From an uncultured Gammaproteobacteria bacterium (GTDB lineage: Bacteria; Patescibacteriota; Patescibacteriia; JACPHY01), in NCBI GenBank assembly GCA_964585225.1, contig CAZPCZ010000001.1, forward strand, positions 6,018 to 70,017: a stretch of 64,000 nt of DNA, written 5' to 3'. The notes beneath the pieces were generated by a model. It ran no database searches and was not told where the DNA came from. It saw only the letters and a program-made list of their open reading frames with translations. The position numbers and the translations under genes are program-made. Positions 1-8,869 of this stretch are shown one piece after another; positions within the stretch are counted from its first letter, which is position 1; the number at the start of each line of letters is the position of its first letter.

Positions 1-406
1 GGTCCCCAGACCCTCCGCTGTAGATGATGGGTACCGTCCCGTCGAGCTCACGATACGTCGCAATCCCCCGCCACAGCCGACGCCAGCTCGCGCCGCTGAG
101 CTCCCCGACATCGCGTCGTCCGTCCGGCTCCGTCGCTCCGCCTGCGAGAATGACGATTGCCGCAGCGTCACGATGGCGCGCGGTGATTGTCGGTGGGGCC
201 GCATACCGTTGCTCGAGCGTCCACGCGAGGCCGTTCGCAACCAGATCGAGTGAGAGGAGCCAGTACGCCGCGAGCGCCACGGTGAGGATCCAAAGCCCGC
301 TCCGGCGACGGTGCCGCCGCACGAGGACGATACCGACCACGAACGCCGCCGCGAGGAGCGTCGGCGGGAGGAGGAACGGCGTGATGAGTTTGGAGACGAT
401 GAACAT
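1..406 (-). CDS. YdcF/ElyC (DUF218) family membrane protein, 3' end beyond the window edge
   Basis: Not in the ORF track (no stop inside the window). Manual translation from the ATG at 406 gives MFIVSKLITPFLLPP..., two hydrophobic helices, then AIVILAGG and IIYSGGSG, typical of DUF218. Confidence 0.8.
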   Translation of the reverse strand, partial: MFIVSKLITPFLLPPTLLAAAFVVGIVLVRRHRRRSGLWILTVALAAYWLLSLDLVANGLAWTLEQRYAAPPTITARHRDAAAIVILAGGATEPDGRRDVGELSGASWRRLWRGIATYRELDGTVPIIYSGGSGD

Positions 407-412
407 CCTGAC

Positions 413-2398
413 TCACGCGAGTTCACGCGTACGCTCGCGTGCACGATCCGGGGTGACCGGAGCACCCACAGCGACCGCGGCGCGCGGTGGCGCCGTCACT
501 CCCGGCTCATACCACGCGATGCGCTGTCGGAGGAGCTGACGGATCGCGCTCCCGTCGGTGTCTGGGAACCGCGCGAGCTGATGGAGCTGCTGCACGAGCA
601 CCTGCATCTCCTCACGCGTCGTTACCTCGTGGGATCGAGCAACCCAAAGCTTCTCATGCGCGGTCGCGGTCGTCCCCTCTTCCGCGGTGAGGAGCTCCTC
701 GAAGAGCTTCTCGCCGGGACGGATGCCGATGTACTCGATCGCGATGTCGGTGTGCGGGCGGAGGTTGTGGAGCCGAATGAGTTCCTCGGCGAACGAGCGG
801 ATGTGCACTGGATCGCCCATGTCGAACACGAGCACCTCACCGCTGCGTCCAATCGCGCCGGCCTGGAGGACGAGCGCGACCGCCTCGGGGATCGTCATGA
901 AGTACCGACGCATCTCCTCGTGCGTCACGGTGAGCGGTCCACCGCGCGCGAGCTGCTCGAGGAAGATCGGCAGCACGCTCCCCCGTGATCCGAGGACGTT
1001 CCCGAACCGCACCGAGAGGAACGCGGTCTGACTCTCCGATCCGCACGCGCGGCAGAGTTGTTCTGCAATGCGCTTCGTCGCGCCCATAACGCTCGTGGGG
1101 CGCACCGCCTTGTCCGTTGATATGAGCACGAACTTCCCTGTGCCGACCCGCCGTGCTGCCTCTGCGATGTTCCATGTCCCGACGACGTTCACCTTTACTG
1201 CTTCTGATGCATTCCCCTCCATCATCGGGACATGCTTGTACGCCGCGGCGTGGAAGACGACATCCGGTCGGCACCGTTCGAACACTTCATCGACGCGATC
1301 CGTATCCCGAATGTCGCCGACGACGTACCGCACACGGTCCACGAGCGCCGGGAACTCGCGGCGGAGCGTGAGCTGGAGGTGGTGGAGCTCGGTCTCATCG
1401 ATCTCGAAGCACACGAGCGATCGCGGTCCATACCGACAGCTTTGCCGGACGATCTCGGAGCCGATCGAACCCGCCGCACCCGTGACGAGCACCGTCTTCC
1501 CCGCAAGCACGCGGCGGATCGCCACGGTATCAACACGGACAACCTCACGGCGAATGAGATCCTCAATCTTGATTTCCTCAATCGCTTGGAGTCGAATCTG
1601 CGGCGCGTGGACGTCATACAGCCGCGGCACGATCTTCACGTCCGCAATCCCCGCTTCCTTCGCGGCCCGGTAGATGCGCCGGAGGTCCTGGTGACCGAGC
1701 GATTGGATCGCCACGATGACGGTCTCGACGCGGAGAGAACGGATCGTGTCCGCAAGGTGGCGGATCGCACCGCGCACGCGGACGCCGTGGAGGCGCGTCC
1801 CGAGCAGGCGCTCATCGTCGTCGAGGAATGCAACGGGTGCGTAGACGTCATACTGTGTGCGCTGCATGTCACGGAGCACCATCTCACCGGTATTCCCCGC
1901 ACCAATGATGATTGTTCGTTTCCCTCGGCCGGTGTGTCGCTGCCCGCGGAGCACCTCCATCGCCGCACGCTTCCCGATGCGGAGCGCAGCGACGAGGATG
2001 AAGACGAGCACCGCATCGATGAGCAGGACGCCGCGCGGAAACCCAACGAACGAATCCAGCCGGAGAAAATAGAGCGCAAACGCGAGTGCGAGCGAAGCGG
2101 CGATGACCGCGTTGAGGATGTTCGCGAGATCGCGAAGCGACACGAACCTCCAGCTCATCGCATAGCCCCCGAAAAGCGCGAGTGCGCCGAGCTGTGCGAA
2201 GAGGAAGAGCGGGAGCGCGGGGAGCACGAGCCGGGCGTACGGCGGTTCCGGCATGAAGTCGAACCGGATGAGGAACGCTGCGGCGAGCGCAACAGTCACG
2301 ATCCACGCGTCCACGAGGAGAAAGAAGACGATGCGTTTCCCGCGCGTCGGTTGGAGCATGCGGCGGATGAACCGGATTGCGGGGAGCGTCGTGATCAT
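413..2398 (-). CDS. CapD/PglF/WbpM-type membrane-bound UDP-GlcNAc 4,6-dehydratase
   Basis: N-terminal TM helices, IIGAG domain, VTGAAGSIGSE, FHAAAYKHVPMME, ISTDKAV, RFGNVLGSRGSV, RPGEKLFEEL. Confidence 0.95.
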   Translation of the reverse strand: MITTLPAIRFIRRMLQPTRGKRIVFFLLVDAWIVTVALAAAFLIRFDFMPEPPYARLVLPALPLFLFAQLGALALFGGYAMSWRFVSLRDLANILNAVIAASLALAFALYFLRLDSFVGFPRGVLLIDAVLVFILVAALRIGKRAAMEVLRGQRHTGRGKRTIIIGAGNTGEMVLRDMQRTQYDVYAPVAFLDDDERLLGTRLHGVRVRGAIRHLADTIRSLRVETVIVAIQSLGHQDLRRIYRAAKEAGIADVKIVPRLYDVHAPQIRLQAIEEIKIEDLIRREVVRVDTVAIRRVLAGKTVLVTGAAGSIGSEIVRQSCRYGPRSLVCFEIDETELHHLQLTLRREFPALVDRVRYVVGDIRDTDRVDEVFERCRPDVVFHAAAYKHVPMMEGNASEAVKVNVVGTWNIAEAARRVGTGKFVLISTDKAVRPTSVMGATKRIAEQLCRACGSESQTAFLSVRFGNVLGSRGSVLPIFLEQLARGGPLTVTHEEMRRYFMTIPEAVALVLQAGAIGRSGEVLVFDMGDPVHIRSFAEELIRLHNLRPHTDIAIEYIGIRPGEKLFEELLTAEEGTTATAHEKLWVARSHEVTTREEMQVLVQQLHQLARFPDTDGSAIRQLLRQRIAWYEPGVTAPPRAAVAVGAPVTPDRARERTRELA

Positions 2399-3423
2399 GC
2401 GGGTGGTCGTGCGGGGCGGAACTGATACCAGGCCCAGATCGCAACGGCGAGGAGGATCGCCGTGACCGTCGTTGGGATGAGGAGGTTCGGGCGCTGGAGG
2501 CCGATGAACGCGAGGACGACGAGAGCGACATCGAGCGCGAGCACGCCGAGCACCACGGTGGAATGCCGATGACCGGCTTGGACCGCGCGCTGGTACGAGA
2601 ACATCCGGTGCGCTTCATACCACCGCTCACCGCGGATCGCCCGGCGGATCGTCGTGAATCCTGCATCAACGATGACCACTGCGAAGATGGTGATCCACGT
2701 GAGCGCAGGGACCGCTCGGAGCTGCTCGGAAGCGACCGCGAGCACCGCGAAGGAGAACCCGAGGAGCACGCTCCCGACATCCCCCATGAAGATCTTTGCA
2801 GGGTGCCAGTTCCACACGAGGAATCCGAGTGCTGCAGCGGCGAGGGTCCCGTAGGCCGCCGCGATCGCCGGCGCGCCGACGAGGAACGAGAGGAGCGCAA
2901 GGACGCTTCCCGCGAGCACTGCCTGCGCACCGATCAGCCCGTCAATCCCATCCATGAAATTGTACAGATTACTGAAGGCGACCGTGCACAGGACGGCGAG
3001 GAGCGCGCCCCACACGCCGAGCGACACCACCGTCATCCCAACGAAGATCGTGTCCGGACCTCTGATCCACCAGATCGCCCACACGGCGGCGATGACGTAC
3101 GCGATGAGACGGACGCGCGCCGGGAGCTGTCGCCGATCATCCATCCATCCGACGACGGCGACGAGCGCCCCACCGCCGACGAGCGCCATGGCAATGGACG
3201 CCGGGAGCGCCCCCGTAACCCCAAGAATCGCGAACACGCCGAGTGCGACGACCGCCAATCCAATCCCTCCGCTCGACGGTGTCGGCACCGCATGCGAGCT
3301 TCGCGCGTTCGGCATCGCGAGCCACTGCCGCGCAACCGCATGCCGGTAGACCATCCCGGTCAGGATCGCGGATGCCGCGGCGACCGCAAGAAAGGAAAGG
3401 GTGAGCTGGAAACCGAGACCCAT
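2395..3423 (-). CDS. MraY/WecA/WbpL-family polyprenyl-phosphate HexNAc-1-phosphate transferase (initiating transferase)
   Basis: PNARSSH..PTP..GG, GWMDD, NLYNFMDGIDG, WNWHPAKIFMGDVGS; polytopic membrane protein. Confidence 0.93.
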   Translation of the reverse strand: MGLGFQLTLSFLAVAAASAILTGMVYRHAVARQWLAMPNARSSHAVPTPSSGGIGLAVVALGVFAILGVTGALPASIAMALVGGGALVAVVGWMDDRRQLPARVRLIAYVIAAVWAIWWIRGPDTIFVGMTVVSLGVWGALLAVLCTVAFSNLYNFMDGIDGLIGAQAVLAGSVLALLSFLVGAPAIAAAYGTLAAAALGFLVWNWHPAKIFMGDVGSVLLGFSFAVLAVASEQLRAVPALTWITIFAVVIVDAGFTTIRRAIRGERWYEAHRMFSYQRAVQAGHRHSTVVLGVLALDVALVVLAFIGLQRPNLLIPTTVTAILLAVAIWAWYQFRPARPPA

Positions 3424-3436
3424 ACGGGCTTACGCC

Positions 3437-3549
3437 ATCACGGATTCGCAGATTCTTCGCGGATATGCTGATATGCGGATGGCACTGATGCGGGTCGGCG
3501 ATTCGATCCGCGTATCCGTAATCCGCGACCTCATCCGCGAATCCGTGAT
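3437..3549. repeat. ~113 bp imperfect intergenic palindrome built from CGGAT/ATCCG subunits
   Basis: ATCACGGATTCGCAGAT (3437-3453) is the reverse complement of ATCCGCGAATCCGTGAT (3533-3549) with one mismatch; inner arms also pair imperfectly. Confidence 0.8.
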
Positions 3550-3555
3550 TGCGCG

Positions 3556-4083
3556 TCAGCGCTCCTCCACGCTCCACGCGTCCCAATACCGCGCGTCGTA
3601 GCGAACGTCATCGTCCTTCGTCTCCTCCATCGTCGCCGTGGAGAAGTACATGACCGTCGCGTCGGTACTCAGTGACATCGCACCGTTCGCATAGCCGGGA
3701 GGAATGTAGAGCACGGCGGGTTTCTTCGCGGACATCGTGTACCGATACACCTTCGCGTTGCGGTCCGGCTTCACCCAGTCGCCAACGATGGGCACCGCAC
3801 CGACGAGTGCCACACCCGCGACGACGAGGACATATTTCGCCTCACGCCGGTGCGCGTGCCACGCGCGAATGAACCCCTGCCGATGGTTCTGCAAAAAGTA
3901 AAACCGTTTCACGCCCTGAAACGTGAACCCGTTCACGTACCCCACCTCTCCCCGATCATCGACCCCAAGGCCACCGCCCTCGAGGAATGTCGGCTCGGTG
4001 TAGGGGGGAAGCTGGTCGCGTGTCGCGGTCAATCCGAGGTTCGCGGACGCGGGGAGTGTACGCATAGCATCATTGGTGTCCAT
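3556..4083 (-). CDS. RmlC-like cupin (NDP-4-keto-6-deoxysugar 3,5-epimerase family)
   Basis: DDRG, IRAWHAH, LYIPPGYANG, DDVRYD motifs. Start uncertain (4095, 4083 or 4065). Confidence 0.85.
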   Translation of the reverse strand: MDTNDAMRTLPASANLGLTATRDQLPPYTEPTFLEGGGLGVDDRGEVGYVNGFTFQGVKRFYFLQNHRQGFIRAWHAHRREAKYVLVVAGVALVGAVPIVGDWVKPDRNAKVYRYTMSAKKPAVLYIPPGYANGAMSLSTDATVMYFSTATMEETKDDDVRYDARYWDAWSVEER

Positions 4084-5110
4084 CGGCAAACCCACGAGAT
4101 TTGCTCCCCACCCCCACGTTCTCCCCCTCCCCTCTCAGATGGGAGGGGGAGTGAGAGGGGGAGAGGAACGCCTGTGATAATGGGTGTACCTTCAGGAAGG
4201 CCTCATTACTGTACCGCGGGCTCCGGGCATCCTTCAAACGCCCACTCGCGACGAGATCGCGGATCTGCTGGATGCCGTCGTCGAGCGTGTAGCGGGGCTG
4301 GAATCCGAGCTCGCGGCGCGCGCGGGTGCTGTCGAGCCGGACATCTCCGGTTGCCGATCGGTCCGCGGGCCGGACGTCCACGCGTGTTGACGGAATATGT
4401 CGCTGGACGCGTGCGGCGAGGTCAATAATCCGCTCATTTTCGGTGCAGAGGTTGAATGGACCCGTCACCGACGTCGCGACGTGATCGGCCATCACCTTCG
4501 CAACATCGCGAACGTAACAGAATCCACGGAACTGTTGCCCACCGTGAACGGTGAGGACGCCATCCGTGCACGCGTGCATGGCGAAAAGATTTGGGACAAG
4601 ATCGAATCGCGGACGACTCATGGAGTCCGCAAGGCCGAAGAGTGTCGCGAGACGCACGACGAGCGCGCGCCCAGCGAGATGGCGCTCGGCCGCCACTTTC
4701 GTTTCCTGATACAACGTCTGCGGATGGAGCGGCGCATCTTCCGTGAGCACGCCGTCGCTCACGCCGTACGCGAGTGATGTGGACGGGAAGATGATGCGAC
4801 CGTCGTACGAACGCGCGAGCCATGCGAGCGATTGCGCATTGAGCGCCACCGCGAGCTCCGGATACAACGCACACGCACCATCTGCGACGAGCGCCGCGAG
4901 CCAGATGACCGCGTCCGCCCATGCGAGATGTGCACGGAGCCGGTCGCGGTCTCGGATGTCACCACGCACAAACGCATGCGGCTTCCGATACTCCTCCTCC
5001 CAGAGGAGACAGTCGTAGACACGAACCTCATGACCAGCCTCCGCGAGGAGGTCGGTCACCGCGCTCCCAACGTATCCCGCACCACCGACGACGAGGACGC
5101 GTTGAATCAT
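4070..5110 (-). CDS. NAD-dependent NDP-sugar epimerase/dehydratase (extended SDR)
   Basis: VVGGAGYVGS, YQETK (YxxxK), RFDLVPN. C-terminal tail is encoded by a palindromic repeat. Confidence 0.9.
   Translation of the reverse strand: MIQRVLVVGGAGYVGSAVTDLLAEAGHEVRVYDCLLWEEEYRKPHAFVRGDIRDRDRLRAHLAWADAVIWLAALVADGACALYPELAVALNAQSLAWLARSYDGRIIFPSTSLAYGVSDGVLTEDAPLHPQTLYQETKVAAERHLAGRALVVRLATLFGLADSMSRPRFDLVPNLFAMHACTDGVLTVHGGQQFRGFCYVRDVAKVMADHVATSVTGPFNLCTENERIIDLAARVQRHIPSTRVDVRPADRSATGDVRLDSTRARRELGFQPRYTLDDGIQQIRDLVASGRLKDARSPRYSNEAFLKVHPLSQAFLSPSHSPSHLRGEGENVGVGSKSRGFADGHQ
4104..4166. repeat. CTCCCCCT..GAGGGGGAG palindromic repeat, copy 1 (inside the 3' end of the SDR)
   Basis: CTCCCCCTCCC-loop-GGGAGGGGGAG followed by TGAGAGGGGGAG; similar to copies at 5124, 8870 and 20774. 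Confidence 0.85.
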
Positions 5111-5123
5111 GTACGTGCCTCAC

Positions 5124-5173
5124 TCCCACCTTTTCTCCCCTCCCTCGGGGAGGGGGAGCGAGAGAGGGTGGGC
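5124..5173. repeat. CTCCCCCT..GAGGGGGAG palindromic repeat, copy 2 (intergenic)
   Basis: TTTCTCCCCTCCCTCGGGGAGGGGGAGCGAGAGAGGGTGGGC, nearly identical to the reverse complement of 20774-20816. Confidence 0.88.
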
Positions 5174-5217
5174 GCAATGAGTTCACCGAAACGATTATGA
5201 GTGGCTTGATCGCACCC

Positions 5218-5246
5218 AGCGTACCGCACCCCCACACCGCGGGCAA
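5218..5246 (-). promoter_or_regulatory. putative sigma70 promoter for the SDR-cupin-wecA-capD unit
   Basis: TTGCCC-N17-TACGCT on the minus strand, just downstream of a terminator-like hairpin. Confidence 0.5.
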
Positions 5247-5249
5247 TGC

Positions 5250-5301
5250 AAAGCCCCACTCCGATGCTTGTCCGCCTTGGGCGGGGACATCGGAGCGGGG
5301 C
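5250..5301 (-). terminator. hairpin / likely terminator downstream of the MFS gene
   Basis: GCCCCGCTCCGATG...CATCGGAGTGGGGC stem with an inner CCGCC/GGCGG hairpin, followed by TTT on the minus strand. Confidence 0.55.
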
Positions 5302-5311
5302 GTGAGCAGCT

Positions 5312-6472
5312 CTACGCGATCTCGCTACCGATGCGCTGGCGCACGACCGCGTACGGGACACGACGGATCGGATGGTAGAGCAGGTACAGTACCCCGATGA
5401 TCGCCACGGCAACAACGTACAGCGCACTGCCACGCACGAAGAGCGGGAGAACGAATGCGGTCGTGAACGCGATCGACTGCACGAACCACGTGAGCGCGGA
5501 GAACGCGTCGAGCGTCGCTCCGTCCGAAACGTCCCCGACGAGTGCGAACGTGGTCGTCCGCCCGAGCCCGAAGTTCACCGCGAGGAACGCAATGGCAACG
5601 ATGAGGAGCGCTGGGCTGCCCGCGACCGCGAGGAGGACGAGTCCAGCGATGCTCGACCCGAATGTTGCGGTGACCATCCCATTGCGTCCGGTACGGTCCG
5701 AGAGCGCGCCGAACGCGTACGCGGTGAGCACCGGCGCGAGGTAGAACAGTGCGATGAGCACCCCGATGGCGGGAGTGGCCCCAAATACCTCCCCGATCTT
5801 CAGGGGGACAATACCGAGGATGAACCCCTGGATGAAGTTGAACGGGAACCAGACGATCACGATGCGACGCGCCGTTGCGCTCCGGAGCATTCGGAATGCC
5901 GCGCTCCACTCGCGACGCTTGACGTCGCCGTGGAGATCATCGAGGCGAGTGAGGACAGCGAGCGCGAGGAGTGGAATGGTTGCGAAGGCGGCGAGGCCAG
6001 CGCGGAATCCGATCGTGGGAAGGAGGATGCCGAGGAGGAGCACGCCGCTCGCTGCGCCCACGGCGAACATGGTCGCGAATCGGCCCGCGTCTGCGCCGTA
6101 TGTGGCAGGATCGCTCGCGCGGATAAGGTACGCACTCTGTGCGGTCCAGAGTACCGATCCCGCGACGCCGAGCACCATCGACGCGGCAAGAATCGCTGGT
6201 GGCGACGCAGTGAGGAGCGAGAAACCGTAGAGCGCGTACGCTGTCACCGCGACGACCATGCTCCGCTTCGCGCCGAGACGCGTGACGACGCTCGCCGCAG
6301 GCAAGCTCCCGACCATGAACGCGAGGTACACGAGGACGAGCGAGAGGAACCCGATGCGCGGGATGCCGAGGTGTTGGAAGTACGTCGTCACGTACTGCTG
6401 GAACCCATCGAATCCGAAAAAGATGAGCAGGAAGCTCACCCCGAGGAACTGTACGTTTCGCGATCTGCGCAT
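5312..6472 (-). CDS. MFS transporter (UNC-93-like)
   Basis: About 12 hydrophobic segments, GSVLWTAQSAYL, GALSDRTGR (MFS loop motif); AAGGAG RBS before the ATG at 6472. Confidence 0.88.
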   Translation of the reverse strand: MRRSRNVQFLGVSFLLIFFGFDGFQQYVTTYFQHLGIPRIGFLSLVLVYLAFMVGSLPAASVVTRLGAKRSMVVAVTAYALYGFSLLTASPPAILAASMVLGVAGSVLWTAQSAYLIRASDPATYGADAGRFATMFAVGAASGVLLLGILLPTIGFRAGLAAFATIPLLALAVLTRLDDLHGDVKRREWSAAFRMLRSATARRIVIVWFPFNFIQGFILGIVPLKIGEVFGATPAIGVLIALFYLAPVLTAYAFGALSDRTGRNGMVTATFGSSIAGLVLLAVAGSPALLIVAIAFLAVNFGLGRTTTFALVGDVSDGATLDAFSALTWFVQSIAFTTAFVLPLFVRGSALYVVAVAIIGVLYLLYHPIRRVPYAVVRQRIGSEIA

Positions 6473-6503
6473 AGCGACTCCTTCTGTTATGCTGGATACC
6501 TCA

Positions 6504-6532
6504 ACGGTACGGGACACCGCACGCGTTGTCGA
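6504..6532 (-). promoter_or_regulatory. putative sigma70 promoter of the MFS gene
   Basis: TCGACA-N17-TACCGT on the minus strand, about 30 nt upstream of the start codon. Confidence 0.45.
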
Positions 6533-6537
6533 TCCGA

Positions 6538-6572
6538 AATGGAAAGCGCCCCGCAGCGATACTGCGGGGCGC
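6538..6572 (-). terminator. intrinsic terminator of the three-gene operon 8772->6622
   Basis: Perfect 11-bp stem GCGCCCCGCAG/CTGCGGGGCGC followed by TTTCCATT on the minus strand. Confidence 0.75.
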
Positions 6573-6621
6573 GATGTTGCCTCGGTGACGCATGATTCCC
6601 TCCTGTCGATGCCGTCTCTAC

Positions 6622-7179
6622 CTATCGCCGGTCCTTCGCTGCCCGCCGCTTGAGCAGCTCCAGTTCCACCTGAGACGTGCCACACTCGGCAGGCAAGATC
6701 GGCGTTTCAAACATGCGCTGATCTGCCGATCCTTCCAGGAACATGACGAGCTCGGTAATCTTGTCGCACTCGCCACGTCGGCATGCTTCCAGGAGCGTAC
6801 GTATGTGCTGAACCACGTACTCCCGGTGCCAACGCATGACCTCGTCCCTCGTGCATCCAAGCCGCGAGACAGGTACGAACTTGCGGCAATCGAATGCGGC
6901 GCGGAGGAATGACACGCGCTCCACGGCGCCACCTCGACACTCGTCTACAATCGTTCGAAGTGCGCGCACGAGCTCATCGGCGTGGGCGTACTTCTGTAGT
7001 GCCCGATCCATCGCACGCACCTTCCGAACACTCACCCCCACACCAGCAGGTACGGGAGCCTGGATGAGTGGCAAACCAAGATGCTGCAGCAGCGCCAAGA
7101 ATCGGAGCTGGAGCACTATTGCCTCCCGAGTCATGGCGTCGAGTCCGCTGATCATCGTATAGAATCGATCAACGCCCAT
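6622..7179 (-). CDS. hypothetical protein (185 aa)
   Basis: GAGGA RBS before the ATG at 7179, overlaps the stop of the upstream HAD gene, followed by a terminator; no recognised motif. Confidence 0.6.
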   Translation of the reverse strand: MGVDRFYTMISGLDAMTREAIVLQLRFLALLQHLGLPLIQAPVPAGVGVSVRKVRAMDRALQKYAHADELVRALRTIVDECRGGAVERVSFLRAAFDCRKFVPVSRLGCTRDEVMRWHREYVVQHIRTLLEACRRGECDKITELVMFLEGSADQRMFETPILPAECGTSQVELELLKRRAAKDRR

Positions 7180-7834
7180 GTGTTTCCTCATTGGTGAGCA
7201 CTCTGTGGTGTTCGCGCAAAACGATTCGCAGCTCCTCAACGCCGACGACCGGAGTTGGATTGTACTGGTGCACTCGGAGTCCCGCTCCACGGGCCGATGC
7301 GCAGTTCGCAACGGCGTCATCCACGAGGAGAATCGTGGCCGGATCGCGGTCCTGCCAGCCGAGACCTGCGAGGATCGTGGACCATACACCGGGGTCGGTC
7401 TTCGTCATACGGATCTCGTGCGAGCGCACCACCGGACCATACCGTCCCGCGAGGTCGATGAGCTCGCGCTCGCGTGCAGTCTGCCATGCGTTCGCTGTCG
7501 TGACGAAGGCGAGCGGAACGCCTTGTCCCTTCAACGACTCGAGCACAGCGAGCACCTCCGCATCGACCGCATAGATGTGCGCGTCGTGTGCTGCACGGAC
7601 GAGCGCATCGGTGAGGTACGGTGCCTCTACCGCCTCGCGCACCGACGTTGCGAACTGCTCGCCCGTAATCCTCCCACGGGCGAATTGTCCGTACGCGCTC
7701 TGGTGGAAGAACAGCGCCCACTTGTCCGGACGCACGCCGAGCTCTGCGAGAATCGCGTACGTCACCACGTGCGTCGCGCGGACGATGACGTTCCCGACGT
7801 CGAAGAGAGTCACCTTGATCTGTTGCTCGCTCAT
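7169..7834 (-). CDS. HAD-superfamily phosphatase (YihX-like)
   Basis: Motif I FDVGNVI, motif II FVTT, motif III K (MTKTD), motif IV LLVDD..NC..AR.AGL; AAGGAGG RBS and ATGA overlap. Confidence 0.88.
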   Translation of the reverse strand: MSEQQIKVTLFDVGNVIVRATHVVTYAILAELGVRPDKWALFFHQSAYGQFARGRITGEQFATSVREAVEAPYLTDALVRAAHDAHIYAVDAEVLAVLESLKGQGVPLAFVTTANAWQTARERELIDLAGRYGPVVRSHEIRMTKTDPGVWSTILAGLGWQDRDPATILLVDDAVANCASARGAGLRVHQYNPTPVVGVEELRIVLREHHRVLTNEETHGR

Positions 7835-8772
7835 TCGATACCTCCTTTCGGGGTCCAGTTGAGTGCCTCGATCGCCGCGCGGCCGAGGTGGGTGAGGTTG
7901 TACTCCCACGCCTCGCCAGACAGTGCGAGGTGGATGCCGCAGGGGTGGAGCCCGCCGTCGTCACCGAAGTGGAACAGGATCGGACTCTTTCCCGCACGCG
8001 GCACGACGACCGCGACGGTCCGTCGGAGTGCGACCCACTCCGGCTCACCGCGCTCGCGATTGCCCGGACGACACTCCGTATCGAACAGCCGCCAGCCGTC
8101 CCCATTGAGGTGGAGCCGCGCGAGGTGGAGGAACGAGAAATCGCCGACCGGACCGACCGTGACGACGCCGCGGCGGCCTTCGAGCACATCCCTCCCGATC
8201 GGGAGGATGTCGATGGCCGCCTCGTACCGAGACGGAAACTCCGGACGAACGAACCCCCAGACACTCCGTTGCTCCAGGTCGAAATGTTCCTGGTGCACAC
8301 CGAGCTCCGGAGGGAGCAGGAATCGCGCCCAGCCGTCCTCGCGGCACACGCCGACCTCGACGATCTCCTCGAGCTGCTCGGCGAGGAGCTGCGCGTCTTC
8401 CGCCATGCCACCGGCGGGCTCCGCCGAGTTCTGGATCACCGGCGCCGCAGTGTTCCGCACGAGCATGACGAGCGCCTCGTTCGGCCACCGATCGAGCCCG
8501 TACTTCACGAGCAATCGCTCCATGAGCGACTCCGGGAGCCACGTGAGCGAGCGGAACGGGACGAGAATCGCCGTCGCGCCGCCAAGGAACCCGAGCGTCT
8601 GGAATTCACCCGACACACGCCGTCGAATGCGATCGAACACCTCGGGATCCGCACCCGCCTCGCTGATGTGCGTCGGCCGCGGACCTTCGACCGTTCGAAG
8701 GTCGCCGATCTTCGCAATGATGTCGCCATTCGACGCGATCGTGCCGGTTATCAGTCCTTGCATCCACGCCAT
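7831..8772 (-). CDS. hypothetical protein, possibly a divergent Nudix-fold hydrolase
   Basis: GGGAGGAG RBS, 313 aa ORF, ATGA coupling to the HAD gene; PAGGMAED...LAEQLEE weakly resembles a Nudix box. Confidence 0.65.
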   Translation of the reverse strand: MAWMQGLITGTIASNGDIIAKIGDLRTVEGPRPTHISEAGADPEVFDRIRRRVSGEFQTLGFLGGATAILVPFRSLTWLPESLMERLLVKYGLDRWPNEALVMLVRNTAAPVIQNSAEPAGGMAEDAQLLAEQLEEIVEVGVCREDGWARFLLPPELGVHQEHFDLEQRSVWGFVRPEFPSRYEAAIDILPIGRDVLEGRRGVVTVGPVGDFSFLHLARLHLNGDGWRLFDTECRPGNRERGEPEWVALRRTVAVVVPRAGKSPILFHFGDDGGLHPCGIHLALSGEAWEYNLTHLGRAAIEALNWTPKGGIE

Positions 8773-8825
8773 CGGAATGCTCCTCCCTACGGTTGCTGTT
8801 CAGTTGTGAAACAACGATCGGTGCG

Positions 8826-8854
8826 ACCGTACCACGCTCCCACACCGCAGTCAA
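8826..8854 (-). promoter_or_regulatory. putative sigma70 promoter of the three-gene operon
   Basis: TTGACT-N17-TACGGT with a TGn extended -10. Confidence 0.6.
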
Positions 8855-8869
8855 CATCAGCACACTAAA

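Noticed and set aside
24-988. ORF-track entries 24..539, 168..416 and 311..988
   Set aside because: The credible coding frames are the minus-strand YdcF-like ORF (start 406) and capD.
5111-5311. Structured intergenic region as a tRNA or riboswitch
   Set aside because: No cloverleaf, T-loop or known aptamer motif; explained by a terminator, a promoter and a repeat.
7627-7634. GGCGGTAG (ops-like) on the minus strand
   Set aside because: It lies inside the HAD coding sequence, lacks JUMPstart context, and is expected by chance at this GC.
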